Positions 1-12,888 of a stretch of 64,000 nucleotides of DNA are shown here, piece after piece. The position numbers and the translations under genes are program-made. The notes below the pieces were generated by a model that saw nothing but the letters and a program-made list of their open reading frames with translations, made no database searches and was not told where the DNA came from. The stretch is from the human T2T-CHM13v2.0 reference genome, Homo sapiens, in NCBI RefSeq assembly GCF_009914755.1, contig NC_060939.1. One strand, given 5' to 3'. How positions within the stretch are numbered: position 1 is the first letter of the stretch; each line of letters opens with the position of its first letter.

Positions 1-445
1 TTTTTATTTGTGCTTCCAAATCCTCCAGTTCATTTAATTTCACTTTTTCCCATTCCCACATACGGCTCACTCAGGAGCTGTGCTATGCGCACTCCTGGCT
101 GTGCTTTCCAGGGAACAGAACTAAATATCACAATTTGAATTTCCTCATTGTAATCTGAATCAATGACTCCAGTGTGTATTTGTACCCCTTTTAAACTTAA
201 ACTAGACCTTCCTAAAAGTAATCCCATTGTCCCTCCTGGCAACGGTCCACAGACTCCTGTTGGGACCTTTTGCGGGGGTTCCCCAGGCAGAAGGCTCACA
301 GCTTTTGTGCAGCATAGATCTACTGCAGCACTATGGGCTGTGGTGGGGAAAGATAACGTATGGGGGTGAGGGAATGGCCTGAGATGGAAATGCCCTGGTT
401 TAGAACAGGGCCTGGGATGGGCCCCTCAGGGAGTTTTCCAAAATC
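1..445 (-). pseudogene. pro: HML-3 pro, dUTPase domain (defective)
   Basis: ORF 30..299 has dUTPase motifs GRSS, GVIDSDY and RIAQLL. A TGA (probably CGA>TGA) precedes the in-frame motif-5 residues TGGFGST. Confidence 0.85.
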
Positions 446-1717
446 GGGTTCCCTTCTTTATCAAACTTAGAGTGACACTGATTAGCCCAAAGTTTTCCTT
501 TTTTACATTTTGGACATATTTCAGGATCAGCAGTTTTGTTTTTTCCCCTATCTGGTGGCCTGACTCGGTGATTTTTTTTTTTTACATTCTTTTTAGTATG
601 ACCATGCTTCCCACAGTTAAAACAAGCTCCAGGAAATAGAGTATTTCCTTTATCCACTCTCAGTCCTGCCATCGCCTGTGCCAACAAAGTAGCTTTATGT
701 AGATTATCTCTGATATCATCACAGGCCTTGTTATAATCAACTAAATGTGTTTTCCCTCTGATAGGTCGCAGAGCAGCCTGGCAATAAGGATTAGCATTGT
801 CAAAACCAATAACTGCAACACTATATCCTAAGCAGCCAAATCTGCAATCATCTTTTTAAGAGACTCCTGTAACCAAGCTATAAAATCCACATATGGTTCT
901 CTTGGTCCCTGTTTTATAGCACTAAAGGAAGGGTATTGTTCTCCACATGAAGTGATTTATTCCAAGCTCTAATGCACACTTCTCTAAGCTGTTCTATGGC
1001 ATCATCCTGCATGACCACTTGTGCATGTAAACCAGCCCAGCCACCAACCCCCAAAAGTTGGTCTGCAGTTATATTAATTTGAGGTTGGGCCCAGGCATTG
1101 CGAGCAGCCTGAATGGAAGCTTCATCTGCCTACTAAGTTTTAAATTGTAAGAACTGAGCAGGAGTTAGACAAGCTAGAGTAAAAGTGTCCCAGTCAGTAG
1201 GAATCATCCGACTGGAAACAGCAACATTCTTTAACAGTCCCATTTCAAAAGGAGAACCTGGTCCATACTGATTTATAGCTTGTTTAATTTTTTTGAGTAA
1301 TTTAAAAGGAAAAGGCTCAAATGTAGCTATAATATTTCCCTGTTGATCTGGGGGGTGTATTCAAACAGGGAACTGCCAAGCCTCTAAATCCCACTTTTGT
1401 CTAGCTTGCTGTATTCCTGCCTGAATAGAACTAAGAGCAGTCGCTCAAGGCGCTGCTCGAACAGTCACCAGGGCAACTACTTTTCACCCAGTGTCCTCCA
1501 GAAAAGAAAGATCTGGAGGGTCGTTTTCTTCAAAATAGTAATGAGGGTGTGCAGAAGGATAGGGATGAACCTCTCCCTCCTTTTCTGCTTTAGCTTTAGG
1601 TGACAAATAAACCTGGTCTGTAACCTCTACTGTTACTTTGTTATACTCTCCTTCCTCCTCATCATCAGTGTGAAAAAGTTCCAAGGTAGAACGAACCACA
1701 GCCCACACTTGTCCTAT
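400..1717 (-). pseudogene. gag: HML-3 gag (fragmented)
   Basis: ORF 400..687 has zinc knuckles CFNCGKHGH and CPKCKKGKLWANQC. ORF 1484..1708 reads WAVVRSTLELFHTDDEEEG. The presumed start codon is mutated (ATA GGA CAA). Several stops and frameshifts. Confidence 0.85.
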
Positions 1718-1847
1718 TGCTACCCTGATGCTTCCGAGCTCCCCTTCTTACTCACCACGGGGATTGCTTTAAGAGTACTCGGGTGTCCTCCAGCTAGTTC
1801 CACATTCTCCAATCGTTGCTCCAGCGATCCTTTGACCTGTATTTGAG

Positions 1848-1866
1848 CCCCCATGAATGGGCACCA
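1848..1866 (-). promoter_or_regulatory. Primer-binding site (tRNA-Lys type, diverged) of the HML-3 provirus
   Basis: Minus strand TGGTGCCCATTCATGGGG, 2 nt after the terminal CA of the LTR. Confidence 0.7.
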
Positions 1867-1868
1867 CT

Positions 1869-2324
1869 TGCTGAGACCAGGTCGGTTGGAGAGACCCTAA
1901 CCCAGCAGCACTAGAGGAATTAAAGACACACACACAGAAATATAGAGGTGTGAAGTGGGAAATCGGGGGGGGGGGGCGGGTCTTACAGCCTTCAGAGCAG
2001 AGCCCTGAACAGAGATTTACCCACGTATTTATTAACAGCAAGCCAGTCATTAGCATTGTTTCTATAGATATTAGATTAACTAAAAGTATCCCTTATTCTT
2101 AAGGCACAGATCACTCATGCTATTGTTTGTGGCTTAAGAATGCCTTTAAGTGGTTTTCCACCCTGGACGGGCCAGGTATTCCTTGTTCTCATTCCAGTAA
2201 ACCCACAACCTTCCAGCCTGGGTGTTATGGCCATCATGAACATGTCACAGTGCTGCAGAGATTTTGTTTATGGCCAGTTTTGGGGCCAGTTTATGGCCAG
2301 ATTTGGGGAGGCTTGTTCCCAACA
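1869..2324 (-). mobile_element. MER9 5' LTR (HML-3)
   Basis: Minus strand starts TGTTGGGAACA...AATCTGGCCATAAACTGGCCCCAAAACTGGCCATAAACAAAATCTCTGCAGC, contains AATAAA and ends ...CTCAGCA. Matches the recalled MER9 consensus, with a short internal deletion near 2097. Confidence 0.9.
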
Positions 2325-2479
2325 GTTCCTCAGGGTAAGGGTGCCCTAACTCCTGTGGGGACCTTCTTTGGTGGCTCCCCAGGAAGTAAGGAGATGGGAA
2401 TTGTGCTGTAGAGGTCTACAGCAGCACTGCTTGCTGAGGCGGGGGACAATTGCTGTACATATGTAAGGGCAGTGGCTGT

Positions 2480-4002
2480 GCTGGGTATGCCTCAGTTTGT
2501 TGAGGGGCTTGAGGCGGGTCCCTCTTCCTATTTCCTGAAAGAGGTTGTCCATCTTTGCTAAATTTAGAATGACACGGACTTGCCCAGTGATTGCCTTTCT
2601 TACACCAGGGACGTACGTTGGGACTTTTCTGTTGATTGATGGTAGTAGTTTTCGTCTTTTGAATTCCTTTCTACATTCCTTTCTTGTGTCCAATTTGCCC
2701 ACAATTAAGTCAAGAGCCTGAGAAATGAAGCATATTTTTTCTTACTCTTAATCTAGCCACAGCCTGAGCTAAAAGAATAACCTTATGTAAGTTATCTCCA
2801 ATGCCATCGCAAGCCTTAATATATTTAGTTAAATGGGCCCTCTCTGTCTGGGATCTAATAGCAGTTTGACACTCTGCATTAGCATTATTGTATGCAAGAA
2901 GCTGTATTACAACATCCTGAGCTGTTTTGATCATTTGAGGCTTTATACACAGCCTCTTGGAGCTGAGCAATAAAATTAATATATGGTTCTTTAGGTCCTT
3001 GTCAGACAGAACTGAAATAAGGATACTTTTCCCCGGTAACATTTATCCTTTTCTATGCATGTAAGCACATGAAGCACAGCTGAACAATGGCAACATCTTC
3101 CATTAGTGCTTGATTCTCTAATCAACCCCAGTTAGGGCCAACTCATATTAACTGATCAAAGAAAACAGGCACAGGTGGCTGCACTTGTGTGTTTTCTTTT
3201 GCCTGAGTTTGAGCTTCATCAGCCTACCAAGTTTTAAACTGCAAGTACTGAGATGGAGTGAGAACAGGTTTTGTCAAAGTATCCTAATTATATGGTAGTA
3301 ATCTATTATCAAGAGCCATATTTTTAAATAAAGTTTGCACAAAAAGAGAGTTCAGTCCATATTGACTAATGGCTTGCTTAAATTCTTTAGTAACTTAAAA
3401 GAGAAAGCAGCCTAATTAGCTATATTCTGTCCTACTTGCTGGATTATAGTAACGGGAAATTGCCATGCTTCAAGGTCTCCCTTGGCTTTAGCTTTTTGAA
3501 TAGAATTTTGTCTACCACCACCAATTGCTCCAGGTTTTAATGTTGTAACTACAGGAGCAGTAAGTTTTTCAGCTAATTGATTTTCTCACCCATTTAGAGG
3601 AGAGAGAGGAGGTGGCCATTCACTTAATTCAGCAGGTGGAGCCAACGGGCTAGTAAAACATACTTTTAAAAGTTTTTCTTTCTTTTCTTTAATCTCCTCT
3701 GGTAGCTGCTCCCCACACTCAGAATTTGAAGTTAGTTTTTTACACTCATCCTCCTCTTCCTCATCTGAGTCTGCCTCATCATCTGTTTGAAATGGCTCAA
3801 GGGCTGCCTTTATTAGTGCCCACACTGACCATACAGAAACTAGAATTTCTGCTCCATCTTTATATGCCTTTTAAAAAATCTCTTCCAATTCTCTCCCATT
3901 CATCCAACTTCATAGTCCTTTGTTCTGGAAACCATGGGCAAAACTGCTTTACTGTACTAAAGAGTGATAACAAATTCTAAGTACTAATTTTCATTCCCCA
4001 TC
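2480..4002 (-). pseudogene. gag: HML-1-like gag (fragmented)
   Basis: Matrix, capsid and nucleocapsid-like peptide fragments in several frames. Boundaries are approximate. Confidence 0.75.
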
Positions 4003-4080
4003 TTTGTATGTCCTCGGGTGTCTTTTGATGTTGTGTCCTCTGCTTTCACATGCTCCAGCCTTCCTTCACCGGGTCTTTGT

Positions 4081-4099
4081 CACCCCATGTTGGGCGCCA
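4081..4099 (-). promoter_or_regulatory. Primer-binding site (tRNA-Lys type)
   Basis: Minus strand TGGCGCCCAACATGGGGTG, just downstream of the LTR. Confidence 0.85.
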
Positions 4100-4103
4100 G
4101 GAA

Positions 4104-4386
4104 TGTTGGGGTGATCAGACCCAACACTAGGTCATGGGGGTGATGAAGTCCGGCAGAGTCAAAGGAATGAGAAAAAGACAGTTTGAGAGAGAAAGTGGGA
4201 CCAGGAGACCATCACGAGTGTGGAGTCTGCAAAGTCCCCAAGCTCTGGGAGCCCACGCTATTTGTTGGTGCTCAAACAAACAGGTGGTGAGGATTTAGGG
4301 GTTGAAAGGAAACGGTGTATCAAGTGAATGAGAAACATATGGCCCTGCCTCAGCTTCTCTTCCAACACTCAGCTTTTCTCCCAACA
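4104..4386 (-). mobile_element. LTR14-family 5' LTR with a large U3 deletion
   Basis: Minus strand starts TGTTGGGAGAAAAGCTGAGTGTTGG...GAAGCTGAGGCAGGGC and ends GGGTCTGATCACCCCAACA. Only 283 bp long. Confidence 0.85.
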
Positions 4387-5180
4387 CATTCCCCTTATGA
4401 ACAGGAATAAAATAGGGATGCCTGTTCTCACCACTCCTGTTTAACAAGTCCTAGCCAGAGAAATCAGGCAAGAGAAAGCTATAAAAGGCATCCAAATAGG
4501 AAATGAAGTCAAATTATCTCTCTTCACTGATGATATGATTCTACACCTAGAAATCCCTAAAGACTGTGCCAAAAGGCTCCTAGAACTGATAAAAAAAACT
4601 TCAGCAAACTTTGAGGATTAAAAAAAATCAACATATAGAAAGAAGTATCATTTCTGTACACCAAAAATGTTTAAACTGAGAGGTAAATCAAGAGTGCAAT
4701 CCTGTTTACAACAGCAACCCCCAAAATAAAATAAAAGAAAAGAAGAATATGTCTAAGCAAGGAGGTAAAGGATATCTAAAAGGAGAAGTACGAAACACTG
4801 CAGAAAGAAATCATAGATGACAAAGCAAATGGAAAACTATTCCATGCTCATGGATTAGAAAGATCAATATTGTTAAAATGGCTATACTGCCAAAAGCAAT
4901 CTACACATTCAACACTATTCCTATGAAACAACCAATGTCGTTTTTCACAGAATTAGAAAAAAAATATTCTAAATTTCATATGGATTTTTAAAGAGCCCAG
5001 ACAACCAAAGGAAACCTAAGCAAGAAGAACAAAGCTGGAGACATCACATTACTTGACTTCATACTATACCCTAAGGCCACAATAGACAAAATAGCATGGT
5101 AACGATATGAAAACAGACACAAAGACCAATGAAACAGAATAGAGAACCCGAAAATAAACATGCACCTACAGCCATCAGCT
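4387..5180 (+). mobile_element. Old primate L1 (L1PB/L1PA15-16-like), ORF2 RT-region fragment
   Basis: Degenerate L1 ORF2 sequence, e.g. gaagtcaaattatctctcttcactgatgatatgattc and gaacaaagctggagacatcacattac. Confidence 0.85.
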
Positions 5181-5761
5181 TTCCCAGGGTAACACAAAGA
5201 GAGCCAAGTGGCACCTGCACATTACGCTGTGGAAGAAAAACCCAAGCTCAAGAAACCTCAACTTGTATTATGGGAAGTTCACTTGGCTGTACCCTTCCCA
5301 AGAGGGAGAAATTATCTGCATTATACTAGACAGTAAATAAACTTTTCCTTTGTTCCAGAAGGAGGTACTGGTTTTCTATTCCAAGGCTGTTTTCTATACA
5401 AACATGCTTGAAAACTATCATTTGGAACAAGAAAGTCAGCGTCCATACTTGCAAAATGTGCGGAAATCAAAGAGACCCAAAAACTGTTTCTCTACCAATT
5501 TCTATTTTTTTAAAATCACATTTTCCCCATATAATAAGCTTTTAATATGTGATAATATTCTGAAATTGTCTTAGCATTTACCCCCATTTCTGAGTCCAGA
5601 AGGATACAATAAATTTAATTTAATTTAGTAACACTTCAAATAGTAGTGATTGTAATAGCAGAGCTAGTTTGTAGCATAAAGAAAAAATAATAATATTAGG
5701 TGACACAAATAATGCTAGCCACCATTTCTAAGTGTCATGGTAAGTACAGTGATTATTTTCT

Positions 5762-5948
5762 TTTTTTCTGACTCTTTTTTATTGTATTTTTTATTTTTTT
5801 TCCCATAGGTTATTGGGGTACGGTGGTATTTGGTTCGGGTCCATGAATAACTTCTTTACTGGTTATTTGTGAGATTTGGGTGCACCTATCACCCGAACAG
5901 TGTACACTGCACCTTATTTGTTATCTTTTATCCCTCGCCCCCCACCCT
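5762..5948 (-). mobile_element. L1PB-type 3' end fragment
   Basis: T-rich tail followed by cataggttattggggta...gtgagatttgggtgcacctatcacccgaacagtgtacactg. Confidence 0.75.
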
Positions 5949-6363
5949 ATTAAATAATAGACAAAAAATAATGGGTTTAGAATAAATGAGTTCAAATGAA
6001 TTGTCAAACGTATGTGGGAAAAGTGGAATCAGTTTGTGAGAAAAAGGAAAAAAAACTCAACAGAAATGCTGATAAAGCATCATCCCTTCATGGCTAGAGC
6101 TGCCAGGACACTAGAACACCAAAATCAGCTAGGGAAATTTTGTAGAAGTCCCAGATGTACTAGATGTTCTGTGAATACACAGAGATATAATTATAACTGT
6201 TACCTGCATGTAGAGTAAAGATGAGAAGGCATTGGTCATGGTGGCAGCTACCTCAGGAGTTACAAAGCAGACGTGGTTCCAGGACAGTGTATGTCAGGGC
6301 AAAGCTGTCCTAGGAGGCTATTAGGAGTTGGTTATGACATAGACATTGTAAGTCAGATGGTCT

Positions 6364-6409
6364 CATTACTTTCAATGACAAAACCAAAATTACTTTTGTA
6401 TCAGCCTAA
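6364..6409. mobile_element. MADE1 (Hsmar1 MITE) half element
   Basis: cattactttcaatgacaaaaccaaaattacttttgtatcagcctaa followed by TA resembles the MADE1 spacer plus one TIR. Confidence 0.6.
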
Positions 6410-6667
6410 TACAACGGCCTGGCAAGAGCACAGAAAAAGTCCCTGTGCTGTTAGGTGGGGACCTCTGATACAGCACAATTCCTTCATTCCCTTCTCCAAA
6501 ACCCCCCTCTTCCAATTCCACTGAAGAGAGAATCTGATGGAAGTGCTGTGTAAGTAGGCTCAGATATATCTACCACTATAGATAGTAGAGGTGATTCATA
6601 AATCCAAGCCTATCAAATACATCATAAAGTTACACGTTTAATTTTTTTTTGAAATTAGGGATCATGA

Positions 6668-7167
6668 TATAAAAGTTATCAGAATCAAAACTGTCAGTAA
6701 TCTTTAAAAAGAAAAGAAAAAACCTGGACAAATAGATTCAGAGAAGGCCTTGAAGAGAGGGTTCTCGTGCTTCTAGGCCTGATACAAACTGTCACAAAAT
6801 ACCACAAAATCCACAACCTTGCACAAAGGCCATAGCAACCTTACACAAAATACACTTCTGTGAGGACATCTATCCAGCAACCACCTGCTCAAACTTCAAC
6901 TGACATCGACCTTGTTGTTGATCTTTATAGTCAAAGATAACTATAACAAAACAATTATAGAAGCCTCTTCATTTTTCCTTTATTTATTTTTTTCTACTCC
7001 CCCATAATTCCAGGTTGATCGCTTTTCTTTTAAAGACCTTGTCTTCCTTTACCATTTGAATCTACACAGTTTGCTTTGTCATGCATATTCCCATTGCAGT
7101 GTCCTCCTCCCTAAGATGTGTCTTTTTCCTTTAGAGAACCTTTCTCTGTTTGTTATTTAGGTTTACA
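6668..7167 (+). mobile_element. MER65-like ERV1 solo LTR
   Basis: Starts tataaaagttatcagaatcaaaa, contains gaagagagggttctc and caaccttgcacaaaggccat, ends tgttatttaggtttaca. Confidence 0.7.
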
Positions 7168-8477
7168 ATGAGAAGGCGTGTAAAGTAATTTTACTGTCTT
7201 CCTAGGAAAAAATCACTGACTTATATTTATATTTATTTATTTACATTCCTGGGGATGAGGAATTAAAGATTTCACAAATTTTCTTATTGAGAAGATCCAA
7301 GTTTTCATGTGAGCAAAACTGAATATGTAAATTGATATGTAAATTATGCTGCAGATAATATGCTCAAATGTTTACTTGTATTTAATTTGTTACACATGAA
7401 TATTGCATATGTAAGATAATATACTAAGAAATTATCACATTTAATGAAATGCTTTAATCAAATTCCTGATTGAATTTTTGATATCAATATCTTTTTCCTT
7501 GTTTAATCCATCTTTAGAGTGAACAGGGCTGTCTAGGCCAAAGTCCTCACTTCTATCTAAATTGTCTGAGTTACAGAACTTTTTGAATTTATTATGTTGT
7601 CACAGGAAGTTTCTTATTGCTTGCTTAAAGGAGTCGCTCTCAATATGATGCGGAATCCAAAAGCACTGAAGGGCATATATCCTGAGTTTCTGTTACTGAA
7701 GCCAAAGGTTGCCAATTTCTTGTAGATCCTGCTAGAGTTAAACTTCATTTAAGTAATCATTAAAAGCTGCATTTATTCCCTCACTTGAACTTTTGATTTC
7801 ACACTATTAGGACTAATCCTCTAAGTCTTTGCTAAGTTATGTTCCTCCTTTTCTTGTGGCTTGACTCTGATGCTCTCTATATGCAACATCAATTGATGTA
7901 AAGTACATTCAGGGCAATAGAGTTTCTTTAAATATTACTTTGTTATTCAAAATAATCACAAAAGCACTCATCGTAGGAAAACTTGTGAGGACTCAAATAT
8001 AGGGAAATACTTTTTCTTTCTAAGGCACAATTCTCTAAAGAAGTTCACCTTAATTTGAATATACATGGGAAAATATCCTTGTTCACTAATAGTCTATATT
8101 CACTCTGTTTTCTTCCCTCATAGACCAGCCGGTTCACTATTATTTTCCAAATGATGTGTGCCTCTCTAGAGTCCAGGCTATCTGCATATCTAATTTTTCC
8201 CACAAATTACTGTTTTGAATTGCACTGAATTCAATTCAAGGGGATGTCATTTATAAACAGTGCAAATATATACTGCACGAGGGATCTTAGAACTCATACA
8301 CATGGTTTGATCCATAAGCTCATATGAGCGTGCAATGTCAACTTTTTTCATGTTTTTTTTAAGTCCACTTAAATTCTATTTTAAGCCACCATCTGCCAGT
8401 GCTGTTAGGGCAGTTAGCCTTCAATCATTTTAAGATGGTCCCCTCTAAGTACCGTGATAGTGATAGAGATATCACCA

Positions 8478-8860
8478 GTCAGGTGTCCTAGGAAGCCGAC
8501 TCCGAGTTGGAGATTTGCATGCAAGGAGGTTGAAATGATATTCCCAACACCTGTGGGAGAGTGAAAGCAATAGGATTGGGCGGAGCAGGAAGTCGGCTAG
8601 AATGCAATCACTATCATGGCTGCAGTCCACTCTACAGGGATCTTGGTGAGTTTACCTAATGACCTGGAATTGGAGCAAGAAAACAAGGCCATTATATTTC
8701 TGTACCAAGCAGTTCTCGGATGTGGGATGCCTTGAGAAGGGATATGAACTTGGATGAAGGAACTTTACTGTGCTGTGAGTATTGTTGCCAGGAGTCAGCT
8801 GTCAACACTCCCAGGAGACGGGAAATTATGCTTTAGTCACTGAGGCGGCATCTAGTGTCA
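8478..8860 (-). mobile_element. LTR33/LTR16-like ERVL LTR (old)
   Basis: ggagatttgcatgcaaggaggtt...caacacctgtgggagagtg...ggattgggc resembles the LTR33 antisense strand. Confidence 0.5.
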
Positions 8861-9510
8861 GACCGCAGCCTTGTTAAACAGAGCCAGACTTTGGAGGATG
8901 GTTGGTGGGTTTAAAATTTGGGGCTTGACATCTTGTCCCCACAAGCTGCTGCTGGCCTCTTCCTTGTCCATTTCTGTGTGGCCTGTTTAGGCCCCCCAGC
9001 TTCCTGCTTCTTCTTTACCATAATTGGAATGCAAAAATCTACACGTAATTTGGCCCATGGTCCCTTCTGCTTAGACATATCCTTGTAGCTACTTTTTTTT
9101 TAAAAGATGACTATGCTTTCTAGAATATTTCTAAGAAATTGCCTAAGTCACCACTGTTCACCAAGAGGCCTTTGTTTTTTCCTCTTCTTAACCATGGGAA
9201 AGGAATGTAGGAGGGTAGGGAGTGGATATTTTCTAACCTGGAAAAAACTCATTTTACCCTATATAATTTTTTTTAGCAAATTCCTTCTTTGCACTTACTC
9301 CACAATCTTTCCAAATTCTCCCAAATGCTCAAGCTTTTAAAAAAGAAAAGACAGAAAGATAGCAGGTTATTAGGTTTTCCACCAAACCTTTTCTTTCTAT
9401 TCCTTTACATCAGTGAGCTTAGAATATCTCTGCTCCTGGAACTGGGAAAGGGACTTGGGAAAAGAAAGAAAAAAAAAGCTCCCAAAGTTTAACATCACAA
9501 AACATTATAG

Positions 9511-9832
<322 letters not shown>

Positions 9833-11027
9833 TGCTTTGTAAGTTTTACATCATATATCCCCTGTGTTAGACCAAGAGCTTGTAAAAGCCAGAAGACATA
9901 CACTATTTATAGTTCAATTAGAGATGTTCACTGATAAAACTGATTCTTCCATCTGAGGGTGGTATTTGTAGTTACAGTAATGTAGATCACAATCTAAGTT
10001 ATGTTCTATAAACTGTGTCACTGACATCTCAATCTACAGCTAACTTTGATTTTTTAAAAGCAGAGGAGTGGGTTGTATAGGTTTAGAAATACATCCATCA
10101 AGCTAGTTAAGTGAGATGGATTCAAGCCTTCAACTCACTGGAATATTTACCAAATTGACTATTCATTAGCTAAAGGAGCCATATAAACAAGGTACTTTTT
10201 AAAATTCAAAATTATGTAAGGTTTTATTTCCTTTTTATGTTGTTATGAATTGGATTGTAGAGGTTATAAGGTAAAATAAGATTACTTTTACAGTAAAACA
10301 TACAACACATTGTCGCAAGAGGGCAGCCTTTGAACACGAATTGCTTCTCAGGCATTCCTTGAAATTTTGAGGGTTACTTTAATTAACACAACAAAATAAT
10401 AAAACACTACAGAGGATCTAAGAAGATACTTTGACTTATGCATATTGTTACTTTTTTATTACTGCTAGTGGAAGATGTAATCGACAAGAAAGGTAAGGGC
10501 TGAATTTGTTTTATGTAAAAAGACAAATTTCTTTGGGTTTTAGCTTTCAAACATCAAGATAGTAGGTCAATGTCTAAATGAGTGTATCAAAGTTCTCACA
10601 ATGGCACATGTAAATCCACCTCTTGTCTACCCAAAACTCTAACCAAGCAAAGGCAAGTTGGAAGAATCAGACAAATGTAAGTCCCTAGGATACATAAATG
10701 CCACGGGATTTTATGTTTTTAACTTTCAACCACCTAAGTTTCACTAAGAGACATGTTATTTGGAGAGGTTGCTAAAGTGTATTTGTATGATGTCTCTGTT
10801 TACGGTTGGTCTGGACCTCTTTCTGTCCAGTGGTTGCCCTCAACTGATGAGAGTTACCTCTCTAAAGATCATGCTTACGTCTCTGGAGCAGACCACAGCA
10901 CTATCAATGTCTGACGTCCACCTTTTTCCAATTAATATTTCTGTACTTACTGAATTGGAAAACATACAGGTGTTTTTTGCCTGGTCACTTGTGGTTTTAC
11001 AACACTCCCCCCACTTCCCCACCACTG

Positions 11028-11070
11028 CCCCAGGTGATTTTGATGCCAGCCAAAGTGTGAGAACTACTGG
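11028..11070. mobile_element. MER5-type hAT terminal fragment
   Basis: cccaggtgattttgatgccagccaaagtgtgagaactactg. Confidence 0.5.
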
Positions 11071-12271
11071 CAGCTGCTGGCAGACAGCAGCAAAGGCCCA
11101 AATCCTCTGTGTGATTTCAAGACCCGTATCTGGTTTTCAGCCATATTTCCTTCTCCTTCTCACAGCTGAGTCCACTCCTCCTCCCTCACCACCTGTAGGC
11201 TATGCTTTCCAGCCTGTGTCCAGGATTAGTCCTGATGTAAGGCACGTGGGGTTTAAGGAGCTCTCTCTTCAGTCTTATTTCCACACCATCTCTGACAGAT
11301 ATATTCCAGTTGTAATCATGGGGCTACCTCCTCTTGTTTCCAGTCCCATGCTCGTTTTCTCTATCACATTCTACCTTGTAATAACCTAAATCTTCTGGTG
11401 GGCAACCTTCTTCCTCAATCAAATTTGTGTTTATGATTGTGTTGGGGATTGGCATAGTAATCCAGGTACTGCTACTGCCTTGAAAGCGGAGAATGCATCC
11501 TTCTGTCTGGATATCTTGAGTTTCTGGATTGTAAACCTTATTAGGGCCCATTTTTCCTAGAATTGGAGCCTCTACTTTGTTCTTGCTACTTTAGTTCACC
11601 CAGAAAGCACGATCTCTGCCTAAATTTCAAAGTGTTGGCTAGTTTAAATATCCTTTTGTGAGACTTTTGTCTTCCTGCGGGGTGATTTTTTCATCTTACA
11701 TATCATTGCTAATCTTTTTACCTTGAATGTAATTGAAATAGTTTTAATCTGTGTTACCAGCAACAAGAACCCCTTTTATGAGATGAAGAGGCCAGGTCAG
11801 TCTCATAACGTGTGTCCCCCTCCGTGTGTTGAATTTATGTCAGAGCCAGGTTCTTTCCTATTTGATGTCTCTCACAAAATTCCAGTGTTTATGTCCTAGG
11901 AGGTGCCCAATAAATTCTAGAGTTGATACAAGCTGTAATTTTAGAGAAATTAAATTAGCAAGTAGAATTAGATTATATACAACCTAATCAACTTTTTTTT
12001 TTTTCCTGAGGATGACCAAGATTTGGGCTTCAGTGACAATAGTTATCCCCTAAATATTTATACTCAATCTAGGATCACCAGTAAAATTTTGAATAGAGGT
12101 GATGAACACACACATCCTTTTCTTGTCCTAATCTATGTGGTTTAAACATTTACGCTTTCACAATTAAATATAATATTGTTTATATGTTTTGTTGTGGATG
12201 CTTTCCACCACTTCGAGAAAATTTCTTTTTCTAGCTTGCTGAGAGTTTTTTTTTTTTTTTAATCAGCAATA

Positions 12272-12888
12272 GATATTTCTCCAAAGAAAATATCCAAATT
12301 ACCAACAGGTACATGAAATAAATGCTCAGCATCACTAATCATCAGGGAAATGCAAATCAAAACCACAAAGAGATATTGCCTCAAGCCTGTTAGAATGGTC
12401 TTATTAAAACAAAAAGATAACGAGTGTTAACAATGGGGAGAAATTGGAACACTTGTACAGTGTTTCTGGGAAAGTAAAACTGTGCAGCCTCTATGGAAAA
12501 CAGTACAGTTGTTCCTCAAAAAAATTAAGAAAGTAGAACTACCATATGATCTAGCAATCTCACTTCAGGTTATTTATCTGAAAGAATTGAGATTGGGATG
12601 ATTCTCAGGCTCATTGCAGCATTATTTACACTAATCAAAATGTGGAAATAAGGTTAATGTTTATTGGCAGATGAATAGATAAAGAAAATGTGGTATATTC
12701 ATACAACGGAATATTATTCAGCTTTAAAACAAGAAAATCCGGCAATATGCAACATGGATGAACCTAGAGGACATTAATGCTACGTAAAGTAAATCAGTCA
12801 CAGAAGGACAAACTGTATGATTCCACTTGTATAAAGTATCTAAGATAGCCAAATTAATTAGAATCACAGATTAGAATGGTGATAGCCC
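12272..12888 (+). mobile_element. L1M (L1MA/MB-like) ORF2 end and 3' UTR fragment
   Basis: catcactaatcatcagggaaatgcaaatcaaaaccac, gaactaccatatgatctagcaatc, catggatgaacctagaggacatt. Confidence 0.8.

Larger units (their letters stand above)
1..1868 (-). mobile_element. HERV-K(HML-3) internal region (HERVK9-int-like): leader, gag and start of pro; continues left of the window
   Basis: Betaretroviral Gag and dUTPase ORF fragments on the minus strand. Directly adjoins a Lys-type PBS and a MER9 LTR. Confidence 0.85.
2325..4103 (-). mobile_element. HERV-K14-type (HML-1-like) internal region: leader, gag and start of pro/dUTPase, interrupted by the HML-3 provirus
   Basis: Gag fragments: WALIKAALEPFQTDDEADSDEEEE (3586..3825) and LLAYNNANAECQTAIR...ACDGIGDNLHK (2710..3042). 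The dUTPase start (LLPGEPPKKVPTGV) is cut at 2325. Confidence 0.8.

Noticed and set aside
5181-5500. Possible old LTR fragment
   Set aside because: It has an LTR-like texture, but I could not match it to a family with confidence.
6319-6411. Possible miR-548-like hairpin from MADE1
   Set aside because: Only one TIR is recognisable, so the palindrome needed for a hairpin is missing.
10760-11551. 209-aa plus-strand ORF and neighbouring minus-strand ORFs
   Set aside because: It has a TTG start, no recognisable domain, and spans a MER5-like fragment. Most likely chance, though a decayed repeat or pseudogene cannot be excluded without a search.
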